The translations under genes were made by a program, and so were the position numbers. The notes beneath the pieces are model-generated. The model was not told the origin of the DNA. It saw only the letters and a list, made by a program, of their open reading frames with translations, and searched no databases. This document shows positions 1-10,991 of a stretch of 52,957 bases of DNA, in pieces (position 1 is the stretch's first letter; each line of letters starts with the position of its first letter). The DNA comes from Rickettsiales bacterium (GTDB lineage: Bacteria; Pseudomonadota; Alphaproteobacteria; Rickettsiales; JABIRX01), in contig JADHLN010000003.1 of NCBI GenBank assembly GCA_016780625.1, forward strand, positions 1 through 52,957. Direction: 5' to 3'.

Positions 1-626
1 AATATTTCATCACTATCTAAAAATTTATCACAAGAAAAATAAGCAATATCAATACGCCTTAAATATGTGACATGACCTGCCAAACCAAGTAAATCTACAA
101 TATCTCTTGCTAAAGATCTAACATAAAACCCCTTGCTTACCTTAATTTCAAATCTGGTAATTTTTTTTTCATGTGACAATATTGTTATATCATAAACATG
201 CATCCTTCTAGCCTTTAACTCAAAATCAATATTATTCCTAGCTAGATTATAGGCTCTTTTGCCATTAATTTTTAATGCAGAATATTTAGGAGGATATTGC
301 AATATATCACCTTTAAAATTTAATATCAGCAACTCTAAATCACTAATATTAGGAACAGAGTCATTTTCATAAGTTACATTTCCATCAGCATCATGACTAT
401 CTGTCGATTTCCCCCAACTTATATCAAATATATAAGATTTATAACCATCAGACAAATACTCAATTAATCTAGTTGCCTTACCTAGAGCTAAAACTAGAAC
501 ACCAGAGGCTTTTGGATCCAATGTTCCCAAATGACCAGTTTTAACTTTGGTTAAATTTCTTACTTTAGCAACAACATCAAATGAAGTACAGTTTGCTTGC
601 TTATCAACTAATAAGAAACCATTCAT
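1..626 (-). CDS. truB: tRNA pseudouridine(55) synthase TruB (partial, runs off the left edge)
   Basis: Not in the ORF track. Manual translation from the ATG at 626 gives MNGFLLVDKQANCTSFDVVAKVRNLTKVKTGHLGTLDPKASGVL, containing the TruB GHxGTLDP catalytic motif. PPKYSALKINGKRAYNLAR follows downstream. Confidence 0.95.
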   Translation of the reverse strand, partial: MNGFLLVDKQANCTSFDVVAKVRNLTKVKTGHLGTLDPKASGVLVLALGKATRLIEYLSDGYKSYIFDISWGKSTDSHDADGNVTYENDSVPNISDLELLILNFKGDILQYPPKYSALKINGKRAYNLARNNIDFELKARRMHVYDITILSHEKKITRFEIKVSKGFYVRSLARDIVDLLGLAGHVTYLRRIDIAYFSCDKFLDSDEI

Positions 627-633
627 TATATTA

Positions 634-1932
634 TTATTTATCAGATTTAATTCTTGCTAAGCAAGCCCTAGCATGACAATCAAGACCCTCAGATTCTGCA
701 ATATTTACTGCATGAACAGCAAAATCATTATATGTATCCTTAGAAACATTGATTATAGAGGTTTTTTTAAGAAAATCGAAAATAGATAATCCAGATGAAT
801 ATCTTCCAGCACCGGATGTTGGAAGTACATGACTAGGGCCCGCTATATAATCTCCTATTGGTTCAGTTGAATAATCACCAATAAAAATTGCACCAGCAGA
901 TGATATATTAGCAATAAAAAAATCATTATCCTTAGTCATTAGCTCTAAATGCTCAGGAGCAATATAATTGGCAATTTCAAGACCAATAGTTTTTAAATCA
1001 GCTACCTTAAATATAAATGAATTATTGTTAATTGCAGACATAGCAATATCACTTCTTGAAAGTGAAGGAAGTATTTCCTTGATTTTATCACTTACATTAT
1101 TTGCTAATAATTCTGAATCCGTAATTAAATATGAAGCTGCATTAACATCATGTTCTGCCTGAGAAAGTAAATCATATGCTATATATTCAGGATTAGCAGA
1201 TTCATCTGCTATAACTAATATTTCCGAAGGACCGGCAATAGTATCAATACCAACCTTACCATAAACCTGACGTTTAGCCTCTGCAACATACGCATTTCCA
1301 GGACCAACAATTTTATCAACCTTTGGAATCACATTATTACCATAAGCCAATGCCGCAATAATCTGAGCTCCACCAAACTTATATATTTTATCAATTCCAA
1401 TTATGTGTGCAGCCGCAAGAACAGAATCATTATATTCACCATTAGGGCATGGCATAACAGTTATAATATTTTTTACGCCAGCTATTTTAGCAATTGTAGC
1501 AGTCATTAATAAAGAGCTAGGATATGATGCCAAACCACCTGGAACATACATAGCAACAGAATTTAAGGGGTAATATTTCCAACCTAATTCTGAAATATAT
1601 TCATCATTATAGATATAATCATCAGGAAATTGCTTTTTATTGTAAGAAACAATCCTTTCATAAGCAAAATGCAAAGATTCTCTTAAATTAGCGGAAATCT
1701 TATTATAAGAATTTAGAAAATCAGATTTAGTAAAAAAACAATTATTTTCATTTAGCTCTAAATTATCAAATTTTTTAGTATATTTAAATAATGCCTTACT
1801 ACCATTATTTCTAACATCAGTTACAATATCAGCAACATAATTTACTAAATCAATATTTGAATTATCCCTTGATAGAGAGTAAGAATATAAATCCTCTAAT
1901 TTTTTAATTTTAATATTTTTAATCATTAGCAA
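634..1932 (-). CDS. hisD: Histidinol dehydrogenase
   Basis: Motifs YVPGG, KIVGPGNAYVAEAK, IDTIAGPSE, DLLSQAEHD, APEHLE and GPSHVLPT; 432 aa. Confidence 0.97.
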   Translation of the reverse strand: MLMIKNIKIKKLEDLYSYSLSRDNSNIDLVNYVADIVTDVRNNGSKALFKYTKKFDNLELNENNCFFTKSDFLNSYNKISANLRESLHFAYERIVSYNKKQFPDDYIYNDEYISELGWKYYPLNSVAMYVPGGLASYPSSLLMTATIAKIAGVKNIITVMPCPNGEYNDSVLAAAHIIGIDKIYKFGGAQIIAALAYGNNVIPKVDKIVGPGNAYVAEAKRQVYGKVGIDTIAGPSEILVIADESANPEYIAYDLLSQAEHDVNAASYLITDSELLANNVSDKIKEILPSLSRSDIAMSAINNNSFIFKVADLKTIGLEIANYIAPEHLELMTKDNDFFIANISSAGAIFIGDYSTEPIGDYIAGPSHVLPTSGAGRYSSGLSIFDFLKKTSIINVSKDTYNDFAVHAVNIAESEGLDCHARACLARIKSDK

Positions 1933-2560
1933 ATCTATTAATTAATTCGACAATTATTTTATTTTTAGTAACTAAACTATTTTTATTAACTATTAACTGA
2001 GAAGAAACATCAAATATCTTTTCAATTTCAACCAAGCCATTTTCTTTAAGGGTATTGCCTGTACTCACCAAATCAACAATATAGTCACACAAACCAAGCT
2101 TTACAGCAACTTCAATAGAGCCATTTAATTTAATAATATTAACATCAATAGATTTTTCCTTAAAAAATCTGTTAGTTAAAGATGGATATTTAGACGCAAT
2201 TGTAAGCTTGTTAGAAAAATCATAATTATCTTTAGTTCCTGCAATACTTAAACGACATTTAGCAATATTTAAATTTAGTATTTGATAAATATTCCTATAA
2301 GAAAATTCTTTAATCACATCTATACCACAAATACCAATATCAGCTGAACCATAAGATACAAAACTAGCAGCATCATAACTTCTACATTGAATGACCTTCA
2401 AATAAGGTAAGTTTGTCTCAAAAATTAACTTCCTACTAGTGTCATCAAGAAATTCAGAAGAAATAATTATATCATATCTTTTAAACATAGGAATTAACTC
2501 TTGAAGTATTCTCCCCTTTGGCAAAGCCATTATAATTTGTTGATCAAAAATATCAGACAT
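1919..2560 (-). CDS. hisG: ATP phosphoribosyltransferase, short form (HisZ-dependent)
   Basis: ALPKGR, ASKYP and GSIE...IVDLVSTGNTLKENGL motifs; 213 aa with no C-terminal regulatory domain; adjacent to hisD. Confidence 0.95.
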   Translation of the reverse strand: MSDIFDQQIIMALPKGRILQELIPMFKRYDIIISSEFLDDTSRKLIFETNLPYLKVIQCRSYDAASFVSYGSADIGICGIDVIKEFSYRNIYQILNLNIAKCRLSIAGTKDNYDFSNKLTIASKYPSLTNRFFKEKSIDVNIIKLNGSIEVAVKLGLCDYIVDLVSTGNTLKENGLVEIEKIFDVSSQLIVNKNSLVTKNKIIVELINRFAND

Positions 2561-2640
2561 AAAAATTAGTAATTTTTTAGCTTTAAAAATAAATTAAATA
2601 TTATAGTTATTTTTACATAATTTCATTTAAAAATCAACAA

Positions 2641-3612
2641 ATGGTAAAATGCTACAAAGTAAACAAACCTGGCGATATAAAATCATTAAAATTAACCAAT
2701 CAAAAACTTGATGATCTTAAAGAGAATGAAGTAAGGATAAAAAACCATTATGTTGCAGTAAATCATATGGATGTTCATCATCGAGATGGCACATATCCAT
2801 TAGAGAATTATGGTAGGGCAATTGGTATTGCAGGTGGTGGAGAAATCATTGCCAACACAGAAAAAACTGCAGATCTAAAACTTGGAACAAAAGTAGTATA
2901 TGCAACAAATTTTTTAGGATCCTATAGTGAAGAGATAAATATAGACGCCAATCACATTGTAACAATAGATGAGAATATAGGGCTAGAAAAAGCAAGCGCA
3001 GTAATTCTTCCTGGCTTAACATCTCATTATTTAGTAACAAGATGCTATATACCAAAAAAAACTGACAATATTATCATAAATGGTGCAACTGGAAATGTAG
3101 GACATATATTATGTCAAATATTAAGTGCATATAATATAAATGTTATTGGTTTAACAAGTAACAAAAGTAAGGCTGATCTTGCTAAAAATCTTGGCTGTAA
3201 ATATACATTTACATATGACAATCCAAATCTAAAACAAGAAATATTAAAAATAACCAATAATTTCGGTGCAAATTGTGTTTATGATACAATTGGAGCGGCT
3301 GCATATCAACAAAATATAGATATGTTAGGGTTTTTTGGAATAATAGTTAATTATGGTGATTGTTCTGGCTTAATAAATAACATGCAGCCTTTAAAACTAT
3401 TAGGAAAATCCTTGTTTTTTAGCAAGCCATTTTTGTCAATTTACAAATACCATAAAATTGACTTAATAATGAGCGCAAAAAATATTTTTGATATTGTCAA
3501 AGAAGGGAAATTATCTCCAAAATATGAGATTATAGATTTTGCAAATATACCAAATGCACATGAAAAAATAAAAAATAGAGGTTCTATTGGATCTATAATA
3601 GCTAAGTTATAA
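2641..3612 (+). CDS. qor: NADPH:quinone oxidoreductase (zeta-crystallin/MDR family)
   Basis: AVNHMDVHHRDGTYP, GATGNVG nucleotide-binding motif, VYDTIG and C-terminal GSIGSI; 323 aa. Confidence 0.85.
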   Translation: MVKCYKVNKPGDIKSLKLTNQKLDDLKENEVRIKNHYVAVNHMDVHHRDGTYPLENYGRAIGIAGGGEIIANTEKTADLKLGTKVVYATNFLGSYSEEINIDANHIVTIDENIGLEKASAVILPGLTSHYLVTRCYIPKKTDNIIINGATGNVGHILCQILSAYNINVIGLTSNKSKADLAKNLGCKYTFTYDNPNLKQEILKITNNFGANCVYDTIGAAAYQQNIDMLGFFGIIVNYGDCSGLINNMQPLKLLGKSLFFSKPFLSIYKYHKIDLIMSAKNIFDIVKEGKLSPKYEIIDFANIPNAHEKIKNRGSIGSIIAKL

Positions 3613-3615
3613 AAA

Positions 3616-3692
<77 letters not shown>

Positions 3693-3732
3693 ACAATTAT
3701 AGATAGGCATTTATAAATATTGATTAAATAAA

Positions 3733-4656
3733 ATGCAAGAAACAAAAAACAATAAAATAATTGTAATATATGGAGCAACAGCAAGCGGTAAAAGCTTACT
3801 AGCAGAAAAAATAAAAGAAAAATTTAAAAATATAGCAATTATTAACAGTGATGCATTACAAATTTACAAAGGATTAGAAATATTAAGCGCATCACCAAAA
3901 CAGCAAGAAGATTATTTTCTTTATAATTTTCAAGAAGGACATAAATATTATTCTGCAGCAAAATGGATTAATGATTCAATATCAATAATTAATTTAAGCA
4001 GAAAAAAAAATATCATTCCAGTAATTATTGGTGGAACAGCTATGTATCAAAATTGTCTAATTAATGGCATGAGAGAAATCAAAGATACGCAAGAATCAAT
4101 AAAAAAAGAAACTAATATTCTAGTTGAGAAATATGGAATAGAATATTTATATAATGAACTCATAAACATAGATAAAGAAACTATTAATCTTCTTCATAAA
4201 AATGATAAAAATAGAATCATCAGAAACTACAATATATTCAAATCTCTCAATATAACTCCTAGTCAATATAACAATATCCCTAATAAAATATTTTACTCAA
4301 AAGAAGATTTTGTTAAAATTACCCTGCTAAGAGATAGGACAAAATTATATAATTTTGCAGAGAAAAGATTTGAAAAAATGATTCATGGTGGAGCAATAGA
4401 AGAGGTTGAAAAACAAAAAAATAATGGCATAAAACTAACTGATCCAATAGCAAAAACAATTGGTTTCAAAGAATTATATCATTATCTTGAAGGAAAGCTA
4501 AATCTTAATGAAGCAATTAATATGGCCAAACAAGAAACTAGACACTATATTAAAAGACAAAATACCTGGATAAATAATAATATTGATCCAGAATTAAATG
4601 AAATTAAATCAGATAATGAAACTGATATAATAAAGCAATTAGAAAAAATTTTATGA
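3733..4656 (+). CDS. miaA: tRNA dimethylallyltransferase
   Basis: GATASGKS P-loop, INSDALQIYKGL, GGTAMY, TIGFKE and TRHYIKRQNTW. Confidence 0.95.
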   Translation: MQETKNNKIIVIYGATASGKSLLAEKIKEKFKNIAIINSDALQIYKGLEILSASPKQQEDYFLYNFQEGHKYYSAAKWINDSISIINLSRKKNIIPVIIGGTAMYQNCLINGMREIKDTQESIKKETNILVEKYGIEYLYNELINIDKETINLLHKNDKNRIIRNYNIFKSLNITPSQYNNIPNKIFYSKEDFVKITLLRDRTKLYNFAEKRFEKMIHGGAIEEVEKQKNNGIKLTDPIAKTIGFKELYHYLEGKLNLNEAINMAKQETRHYIKRQNTWINNNIDPELNEIKSDNETDIIKQLEKIL

Positions 4657-4928
4657 TAAAAAAAACAATTTATTTTATATTATTAATTACCTTAATAATG
4701 ATTGGTTTTAGCAACAATCATATAATTACTATTTATTTAATACCAAATTACCCAATTATAGAAGCAAAGCTTTATATAATAATGTTCTTGTGTTTCTTAT
4801 TCGGTCTAATAACAAATTTATTAAGCAATCTTACAGATATTCTTAAATTAAAATATAAAAATTACAAACAAAGCAAAAACATCAAGAACCTAACCAAAGA
4901 AATCGAAGAAAAAAATAATGGCAGCTAA
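4653..4928 (+). CDS. LapA-family (DUF1049) small membrane protein
   Basis: Two TM segments and a C-terminal coiled coil in 91 aa; lies just upstream of trpF-trpB-trpA, where lapA typically sits in Alphaproteobacteria. Confidence 0.6.
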   Translation: MIKKTIYFILLITLIMIGFSNNHIITIYLIPNYPIIEAKLYIIMFLCFLFGLITNLLSNLTDILKLKYKNYKQSKNIKNLTKEIEEKNNGS

Positions 4929-5562
4929 ACAATTAAAGCTATGTGGTATAAATAATATAAAAACAATTAAGCATATATTAAATCATCCAAGCCCAGCAAA
5001 TTTTCTTGGCTTTATATTTTATAATAAAAGCTCAAGATATATAAGCCTAGATAAAGCAAAATCCTTTAACGAATTAAATTTTAACAAAAGCAAAAAAATT
5101 GCAGTAACCGTAGATGCAACATTTAAAGAAATTGAACAGATAATAAAAAATTTAAATCCAGATTTTATTCAGCTTCACGGCAATGAAAACTTTGAATATT
5201 GCTCCAAAATAAAACAAGAATTTGATATAAAAATAATTAAAGCAATTCAAGTTGAAAATATCATTGATATAGAACAAGCACAAAAATACCATCCATATAC
5301 AGAATATATATTATATGATAGTAAAACAGCAGAATATGGTGGTTCAGGAAAAAGCTTTAACCATGAATTATTAAAAAATCACAATAATAAAGAGAAGTTT
5401 TTTATTTCAGGGGGTCTAAACATAAATAATATAAAAAAAATCATAAATAATTTTAATCTATTTGATATCTGTTCAGGAATTGAGTTGCAAAAAGGAGTAA
5501 AAGATAATAAAAAAATAACAGAAATTCTTGATTATTTTAGTAAAATTAATGCAAAAAAATAA
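4918..5562 (+). CDS. trpF: Phosphoribosylanthranilate isomerase
   Basis: [33 protein letters not shown] and SGIE...GVKD. Confidence 0.95.
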   Translation: MAAKQLKLCGINNIKTIKHILNHPSPANFLGFIFYNKSSRYISLDKAKSFNELNFNKSKKIAVTVDATFKEIEQIIKNLNPDFIQLHGNENFEYCSKIKQEFDIKIIKAIQVENIIDIEQAQKYHPYTEYILYDSKTAEYGGSGKSFNHELLKNHNNKEKFFISGGLNINNIKKIINNFNLFDICSGIELQKGVKDNKKITEILDYFSKINAKK

Positions 5563-6736
5563 AGCAAAAATAGGATATTTCGGCAATTATGGCGGAAGAT
5601 ATGTAGCAGAAACATTAATGCCTCTGATATTAGAACTTGAAGAATCCTATAAAAAACTTAAAAAAGACGAAAATTTCAACAAGGAAATTAAACATCTCCA
5701 CAAAAATTATATAGGAAGACCATCACCATTATATTTTGCTGAAAATCTATCAAATAAATTAGATTTAAAGCTTTATCTAAAAAGAGACGAGTTAAATCAC
5801 ACTGGCTCACATAAAATAAACAACGCTATTGGCCAAGCATTAATTGCAAAATATATGGGCAAAACAAGAATTATAGCTGAAACAGGAGCTGGGCAACATG
5901 GAGTAGCAACTGCTACAATATGCGCAAAACTAGGTCTAAAATGTGAAATATTTATGGGTAGTAAAGATATAAAAAGACAGAGCCCAAACATATATCGCAT
6001 GAAATTATTAGGAGCAAAAATTCATGAAGTATCATCTGGTAATGGCACATTAAAAGCAGCAATGAATGAAGCTATGCGTGATTGGGTTGCAAATGTAAAA
6101 AACACTTATTACCTTATTGGTACCGCAGCAGGACCTCATCCCTACCCTACAATCGTCAGAGACTTACAATCCATCATAGGTAAAGAAGCAAAGTCTCAGA
6201 TAAAAAAACAGGCCAAAAAATTACCAGATGCAGTTATAGCATGTATTGGAGGCGGCTCAAATGCAATTGGCTTATTTAGTGCTTTTATTAAAAATAAAAA
6301 TGTTAAATTAATAGGAATTGAAGCAGCAGGAAAAGGTATAAAATCAGCAGATAATGCAGCTTCAATTAATAATGGTGAAGCGGGAATATTACATGGCAAT
6401 AAATCATATTATATCCAAGATAAAAATGGCCAGATTTCTGATACATATTCAATATCAGCAGGATTAGATTATCCAGGCATAGGACCAGAACATGCATATC
6501 TGCACGAGATAAAAAGAGCCGAGTATCATTATGCCACAGATAATGATGCATTAACGGGATTCCAAGAATTATCAAAAACTGAAGGCATAATACCTGCACT
6601 AGAACCTTCTCATGCAATTGGTTGGTTAATAAAAAACAAAAATAAATTTACAAAAAATTCCACTATTATCTTAAATCTATGCGGTAGAGGTGATAAGGAT
6701 GTATTAACAGTAGCAGAGAAAATAAAACTAATTTAA
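5549..6736 (+). CDS. trpB: Tryptophan synthase beta chain
   Basis: [20 protein letters not shown] (PLP lysine), AETGAGQHG and SAGLDYPG. The ATG at 5549 is preferred over the TTG at 5528. Confidence 0.97.
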   Translation: MQKNKAKIGYFGNYGGRYVAETLMPLILELEESYKKLKKDENFNKEIKHLHKNYIGRPSPLYFAENLSNKLDLKLYLKRDELNHTGSHKINNAIGQALIAKYMGKTRIIAETGAGQHGVATATICAKLGLKCEIFMGSKDIKRQSPNIYRMKLLGAKIHEVSSGNGTLKAAMNEAMRDWVANVKNTYYLIGTAAGPHPYPTIVRDLQSIIGKEAKSQIKKQAKKLPDAVIACIGGGSNAIGLFSAFIKNKNVKLIGIEAAGKGIKSADNAASINNGEAGILHGNKSYYIQDKNGQISDTYSISAGLDYPGIGPEHAYLHEIKRAEYHYATDNDALTGFQELSKTEGIIPALEPSHAIGWLIKNKNKFTKNSTIILNLCGRGDKDVLTVAEKIKLI

Positions 6737-6737
6737 T

Positions 6738-7499
6738 ATGAATAAAAAAGCTAAATTAATATCATATATTGTTGCTGGATATCCAGATTTAGAACAAAGC
6801 CACAAAATAGCAATAGAGTTAATTAAAACTGGAACAGATATATTGGAAATTGGTATACCATTCTCAGATCCAGTAGCAGATGGAAAAATAATACAATATT
6901 CAACCAACGAAGCCCTTAAAAATAACATTAAGCTTAATGATTGCCTTAAGTTAGCAACAAAAATTAAAAAGGAACATCCTCATATAAAAATAATATTAAT
7001 GGGTTATTTTAATCCTATATTCAAATATGGAATTAAAGCATTTAACAGAGCAGCAATTAAAGCAAATATTGATGCATTGATAATAGTAGATTTACCATAT
7101 GAAGAGCAAATAAATTACCTTGAATCTCTAGATGCTAAACTTCCTTTAATTAATCTTGTTACACCCCTAACATCAGAGGGAAGATTAAAACAAATAAATA
7201 AAACTAATAATGAGTTTATTTATTATATTTCTGTTTTTGGAATCACAGGTACACAAGAACCAGATTTTGCAATAGCAAAAAATCAGATTAACAAAATCAA
7301 AAAAATTACAAGCAAAAAAATAGCCCTTGGTTTTGGCATAAAAAAAGCACATCAAGCAAAAGAAGCCGCAAATATTGCAGATTATGTAGTAATTGGATCT
7401 GCTTATTTAGAGATAATTAAAAAAGATGAAAATAATATTCAAAAAATATTAAAAAATATTACGAAGTTTAATACAGAAATAAATAAAGCCCTGAAATAA
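6738..7499 (+). CDS. trpA: Tryptophan synthase alpha chain
   Basis: AGYP, EIGIPFSDPVADG, MGYFNP, GITG, LGFGI and VIGSA. Confidence 0.97.
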   Translation: MNKKAKLISYIVAGYPDLEQSHKIAIELIKTGTDILEIGIPFSDPVADGKIIQYSTNEALKNNIKLNDCLKLATKIKKEHPHIKIILMGYFNPIFKYGIKAFNRAAIKANIDALIIVDLPYEEQINYLESLDAKLPLINLVTPLTSEGRLKQINKTNNEFIYYISVFGITGTQEPDFAIAKNQINKIKKITSKKIALGFGIKKAHQAKEAANIADYVVIGSAYLEIIKKDENNIQKILKNITKFNTEINKALK

Positions 7500-7503
7500 C
7501 GCT

Positions 7504-8736
7504 TTATTTGTCAATTTCAAAAGCATCATGCAGTAAATTAATTGCATTTTTCATATGATTTTTATCAATCAAAACTGAAATTTTTATTTCAGATGTTGTA
7601 ATTGCCAAAATATTAATATCATTATCAGCAAGAGTTTGAAACATTTTTTGAGCTACTCCTGAATGTTCTTTCATAGCCATCCCAATTACAGAAAGCTTTG
7701 CAACATCCTTATTAAAATTGATATCTTTAAATTTAATATTACCTTTGTTTTTTTCATCCTTTAAGATAGCAAAAGCCCTATCCATATCAATTTCTTTTAA
7801 AGTAAAAGTTACATTGGCATGTTCTCCATCATATGAAATATTTTGAATAATCATATCAAGATTAATAGAAGCATTTGCAAGTGGTTTTAATATATTTGCT
7901 ATAACTCCAGGTTCATTAGGGATATTTGATATAGTAATTCTTGCATCATCATCAGAATGCGCAACAGCTGTAATTAATCTTTTTTCCATTATTTCCTCAT
8001 CTTTAACTAATAAACTTCCTTCCTCATCTTCAAAACTAGATAATACCTTAACTGACACATTATGTTTATATGCCATTTCAACTGCTCTAATTTGTAATAC
8101 TTTTGCTCCAAGAGAGGCCATTTCCAAAATCTCTTCATAACCAACTCTATGTAATTTTTTTGCTTTTTTAACAATTCTTGGATCTGCAGTAAAAATTCCG
8201 GTTACATCTGTATAAATATCGCATCTTTCTGCATTCATAGCAGCAGCAATAGCTACAGCAGAGGTATCAGAGCCTCCCCTTCCCATGGTAGAAACACGAT
8301 TTTCTGTACTAACTCCCTGAAAACCAGATATTACAGGCACAGATGAATTATTTAAAATATCTGTTAAAAAATTAGTATTAATTTTTTCAATTCTTGCTTT
8401 ACTATGGCTTGCATCAGTTATAATTCCAGCCTGCCAGCCACTAAATGATCTAGCAGAAATACCAATAGATTGCAATTGCAAAGCTAATAAACCTGATGTA
8501 ATTAATTCACCTGAAGATACAACAGCATCATATTCAGCTAAAGAGTTATTATCTGTTAAGGTTGAAACAGAGTTGACATAGTCAATTAGCTGAGCAGTAA
8601 CACCAGACATAGCGGAAACTACGACAATAACCTGATTACCTTTATTTTTTTCTTTAGCAACAATTTTAGCTACCTCTTTGATTCTTTCTATATTAGCAAC
8701 AGAAGTGCCTCCGAATTTTTGAACAATTAAAGCCAT
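7504..8736 (-). CDS. lysC: Aspartokinase
   Basis: VQKFGGTSV, VVVSAM, GRGGSDTSA, IYTDV and TSEIKIS; tandem ACT domains. Confidence 0.97.
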   Translation of the reverse strand: MALIVQKFGGTSVANIERIKEVAKIVAKEKNKGNQVIVVVSAMSGVTAQLIDYVNSVSTLTDNNSLAEYDAVVSSGELITSGLLALQLQSIGISARSFSGWQAGIITDASHSKARIEKINTNFLTDILNNSSVPVISGFQGVSTENRVSTMGRGGSDTSAVAIAAAMNAERCDIYTDVTGIFTADPRIVKKAKKLHRVGYEEILEMASLGAKVLQIRAVEMAYKHNVSVKVLSSFEDEEGSLLVKDEEIMEKRLITAVAHSDDDARITISNIPNEPGVIANILKPLANASINLDMIIQNISYDGEHANVTFTLKEIDMDRAFAILKDEKNKGNIKFKDINFNKDVAKLSVIGMAMKEHSGVAQKMFQTLADNDINILAITTSEIKISVLIDKNHMKNAINLLHDAFEIDK

Positions 8737-8838
8737 AAATTAAAAAAAGAAATTATAATATTTAAATATATAAAAATGTCTAGATAGATATAGAAAACTA
8801 TGAATATATCTATATCCTCATAGAAAATTTAGATTATT

Positions 8839-9297
8839 ATGAATCCAGAAGAATATAAAAAAATAGTTAATAAATTCACAACAGGCATAACTGTTATAAC
8901 AGGAAATTATAATAACAAACCATTTGGTATAACAGTTAATAGTTTTTCATCACTATCACTTGAGCCCATATTAGTAAGCTTTAACATTGATAAAAAATCA
9001 CATACTAACGAATTAATTATTAATTCTGACTATTACAATATTAATATATTATCAAAATCTCAGGAAGATCTGGTGTGGAAATTTGCAAAAAAAGATGAAG
9101 ATAGATTTAAAAATCTTGATTACCAAACTGATAATAACAATATAGCATTATTAACAAATAATCTTGCTACATTGCATACTAAAAAATATAAAATAATAGA
9201 TATTGGTGACCACAATATAATAATAGCTGAGGTAATTAACGGAGATAAAGATATGAATCAAGAACCACTAATTTATTATAACTCTAAAATAAAATGA
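8839..9297 (+). CDS. Flavin reductase-like protein (HpaC/RutF family)
   Basis: FTTGITVIT, GITVNSFSSLSLEPIL, GDH and PLIYY motifs. Confidence 0.9.
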   Translation: MNPEEYKKIVNKFTTGITVITGNYNNKPFGITVNSFSSLSLEPILVSFNIDKKSHTNELIINSDYYNINILSKSQEDLVWKFAKKDEDRFKNLDYQTDNNNIALLTNNLATLHTKKYKIIDIGDHNIIIAEVINGDKDMNQEPLIYYNSKIK

Positions 9298-9998
9298 ATA
9301 ATTCAATAAATAAGGATGAAATAAAAAAATTTGAAGAAATGGCAGATGAATGGTGGGATCCAAACGGTAAATTTAAACCATTACATAAATTCAACCCTAT
9401 AAGATTAGAATATATTATCTCACAAATTAATAGCTCTTTTAAAAAGGAAAAAAAACAAATAACACTACTTGATATTGGCTGTGGGGGTGGCTTGATATCA
9501 GAGCCATTATCGCAACAAGGCATTAAAGTTACAGCAATTGATCCAATAGAAAAAAACATTAAAATAGCAAAGACACAGCAGCTAAAAACCAAAAGTAAAG
9601 TTAATTACAAAAAATCAACATTAGAGGAACTAGATAATGAAAATAAATTTGACGTAATTACCTGTCTTGAAGTAATTGAGCATGTTGATAATCCAGAAAA
9701 ATTTCTAAATAAATTAGCATCTCATCTTAATAAAGACGGTATTTTATTTGTTGCAACAATTAATAGAACAATAAAGTCACTAATATGCGCTAAATTTGCA
9801 GCAGAATATATTCTAAATTGGCTACCAAAAGGTACACATCAATATAATAAATTTTTAATGCCCCATGAAATAAATAACATGGTGAAAGAAGAGCTAAATC
9901 TCTTAAAGCAGAATGGACTTAAATATAATATTTTAAAGGATAGTTGGTCAATATCTGATGATTTATCACAAAATTACATTATGACATTTAAAAAGTAA
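9294..9998 (+). CDS. ubiG: Ubiquinone biosynthesis O-methyltransferase
   Basis: WWDPNGKFKPLHKFNPIR, LDIGCGGG, LEVIEHV and LPKGTH. Confidence 0.97.
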   Translation: MNNSINKDEIKKFEEMADEWWDPNGKFKPLHKFNPIRLEYIISQINSSFKKEKKQITLLDIGCGGGLISEPLSQQGIKVTAIDPIEKNIKIAKTQQLKTKSKVNYKKSTLEELDNENKFDVITCLEVIEHVDNPEKFLNKLASHLNKDGILFVATINRTIKSLICAKFAAEYILNWLPKGTHQYNKFLMPHEINNMVKEELNLLKQNGLKYNILKDSWSISDDLSQNYIMTFKK

Positions 9999-10017
9999 AT
10001 TTTAATACATAATAAAC

Positions 10018-10046
10018 TTGTTACAAAACCACTAATATGCTATAAT
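10018..10046 (+). promoter_or_regulatory. Putative sigma70 promoter for the OmpA-like lipoprotein gene
   Basis: TTGTTA-N17-TATAAT with an extended -10 (TGcTATAAT), 25 bp upstream of the ATG at 10071. Confidence 0.55.
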
Positions 10047-10070
10047 AATCTCAAGATTTTTATAAGTTAT

Positions 10071-10940
10071 ATGAAAAAATTATTACTATTAACATTAATA
10101 TTATATTCCTGTACCTATGAAACAATATTAGATAAGAAAACTAAGCAAATTAAAACAAGTAATTTTTATAACGCACTTGCAATAGGTTATAATAATTTAT
10201 CAAGAAGAGAAAGGGAGCAATATGATTGGATTGCAAGTAATTATTTTGCCAAAAAAGGACTTAAATCAATTAACAGGGAAAATATCAAACCAGATCACCC
10301 TAACACAAGATCTATATCAAATAATTTTTATAAAAACGAAATTATCTCAGCATATAACGCCCTCATAAGCATAATTGAAGATAATAATATAAAGAAAAAT
10401 TATCCACTTCAATCTGCAAGAATCATAATATTATATGATTATTGGCTAGAGCAATTAGAAGAAAATTGGCAAAGCGATGAAATTTTGAGATTTAGAGATG
10501 AATTCTGGGATACTCACAAAAATATTCAGGCTAATACTATACTTGAGAAAAACTATATAGATAAATTAAATAACAGAAATTTATATACATTATATTTCCC
10601 TAATTACCGTTATATGCTTGATAAGAATTCAATTAAAATAATAACACATATCTATAATAGATATCTAATGATAGAACCAAAAGACAATCTTAAGATAATA
10701 ATTGAAAGCTATACTAATGAGGATGAAATAAGTCAATATGATAAAGAAATAGCTGCTAAAAGAAGCAAAATAATCAAAGATTCACTAATTGAAATGGGAA
10801 TAGACAAGAAATATTTCTATAATGATTCAATTTCAATATTGCCAGAAAACAAAATAATTAAGGCAAAAGTAGAAATATATTTTATTCATAATAAAAAAAA
10901 TAATTTATTAATTGGACAATATAATAATAACAATTATTAG
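10071..10940 (+). CDS. OmpA-family outer-membrane lipoprotein (degenerate C-terminal OmpA-like domain)
   Basis: Lipobox-like LILYSC; alphaproteobacterial N-terminal pattern FxxALAxxY...YDW...YFAKKG; C-terminal LYF...IESYT...AAKRSKIIKDSLIEMGI. Confidence 0.65.
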   Translation: MKKLLLLTLILYSCTYETILDKKTKQIKTSNFYNALAIGYNNLSRREREQYDWIASNYFAKKGLKSINRENIKPDHPNTRSISNNFYKNEIISAYNALISIIEDNNIKKNYPLQSARIIILYDYWLEQLEENWQSDEILRFRDEFWDTHKNIQANTILEKNYIDKLNNRNLYTLYFPNYRYMLDKNSIKIITHIYNRYLMIEPKDNLKIIIESYTNEDEISQYDKEIAAKRSKIIKDSLIEMGIDKKYFYNDSISILPENKIIKAKVEIYFIHNKKNNLLIGQYNNNNY

Positions 10941-10991
10941 TTGAATAAAACAAAGGTTTATTTAACATTACATTAAATATTAGAGTTTTAT

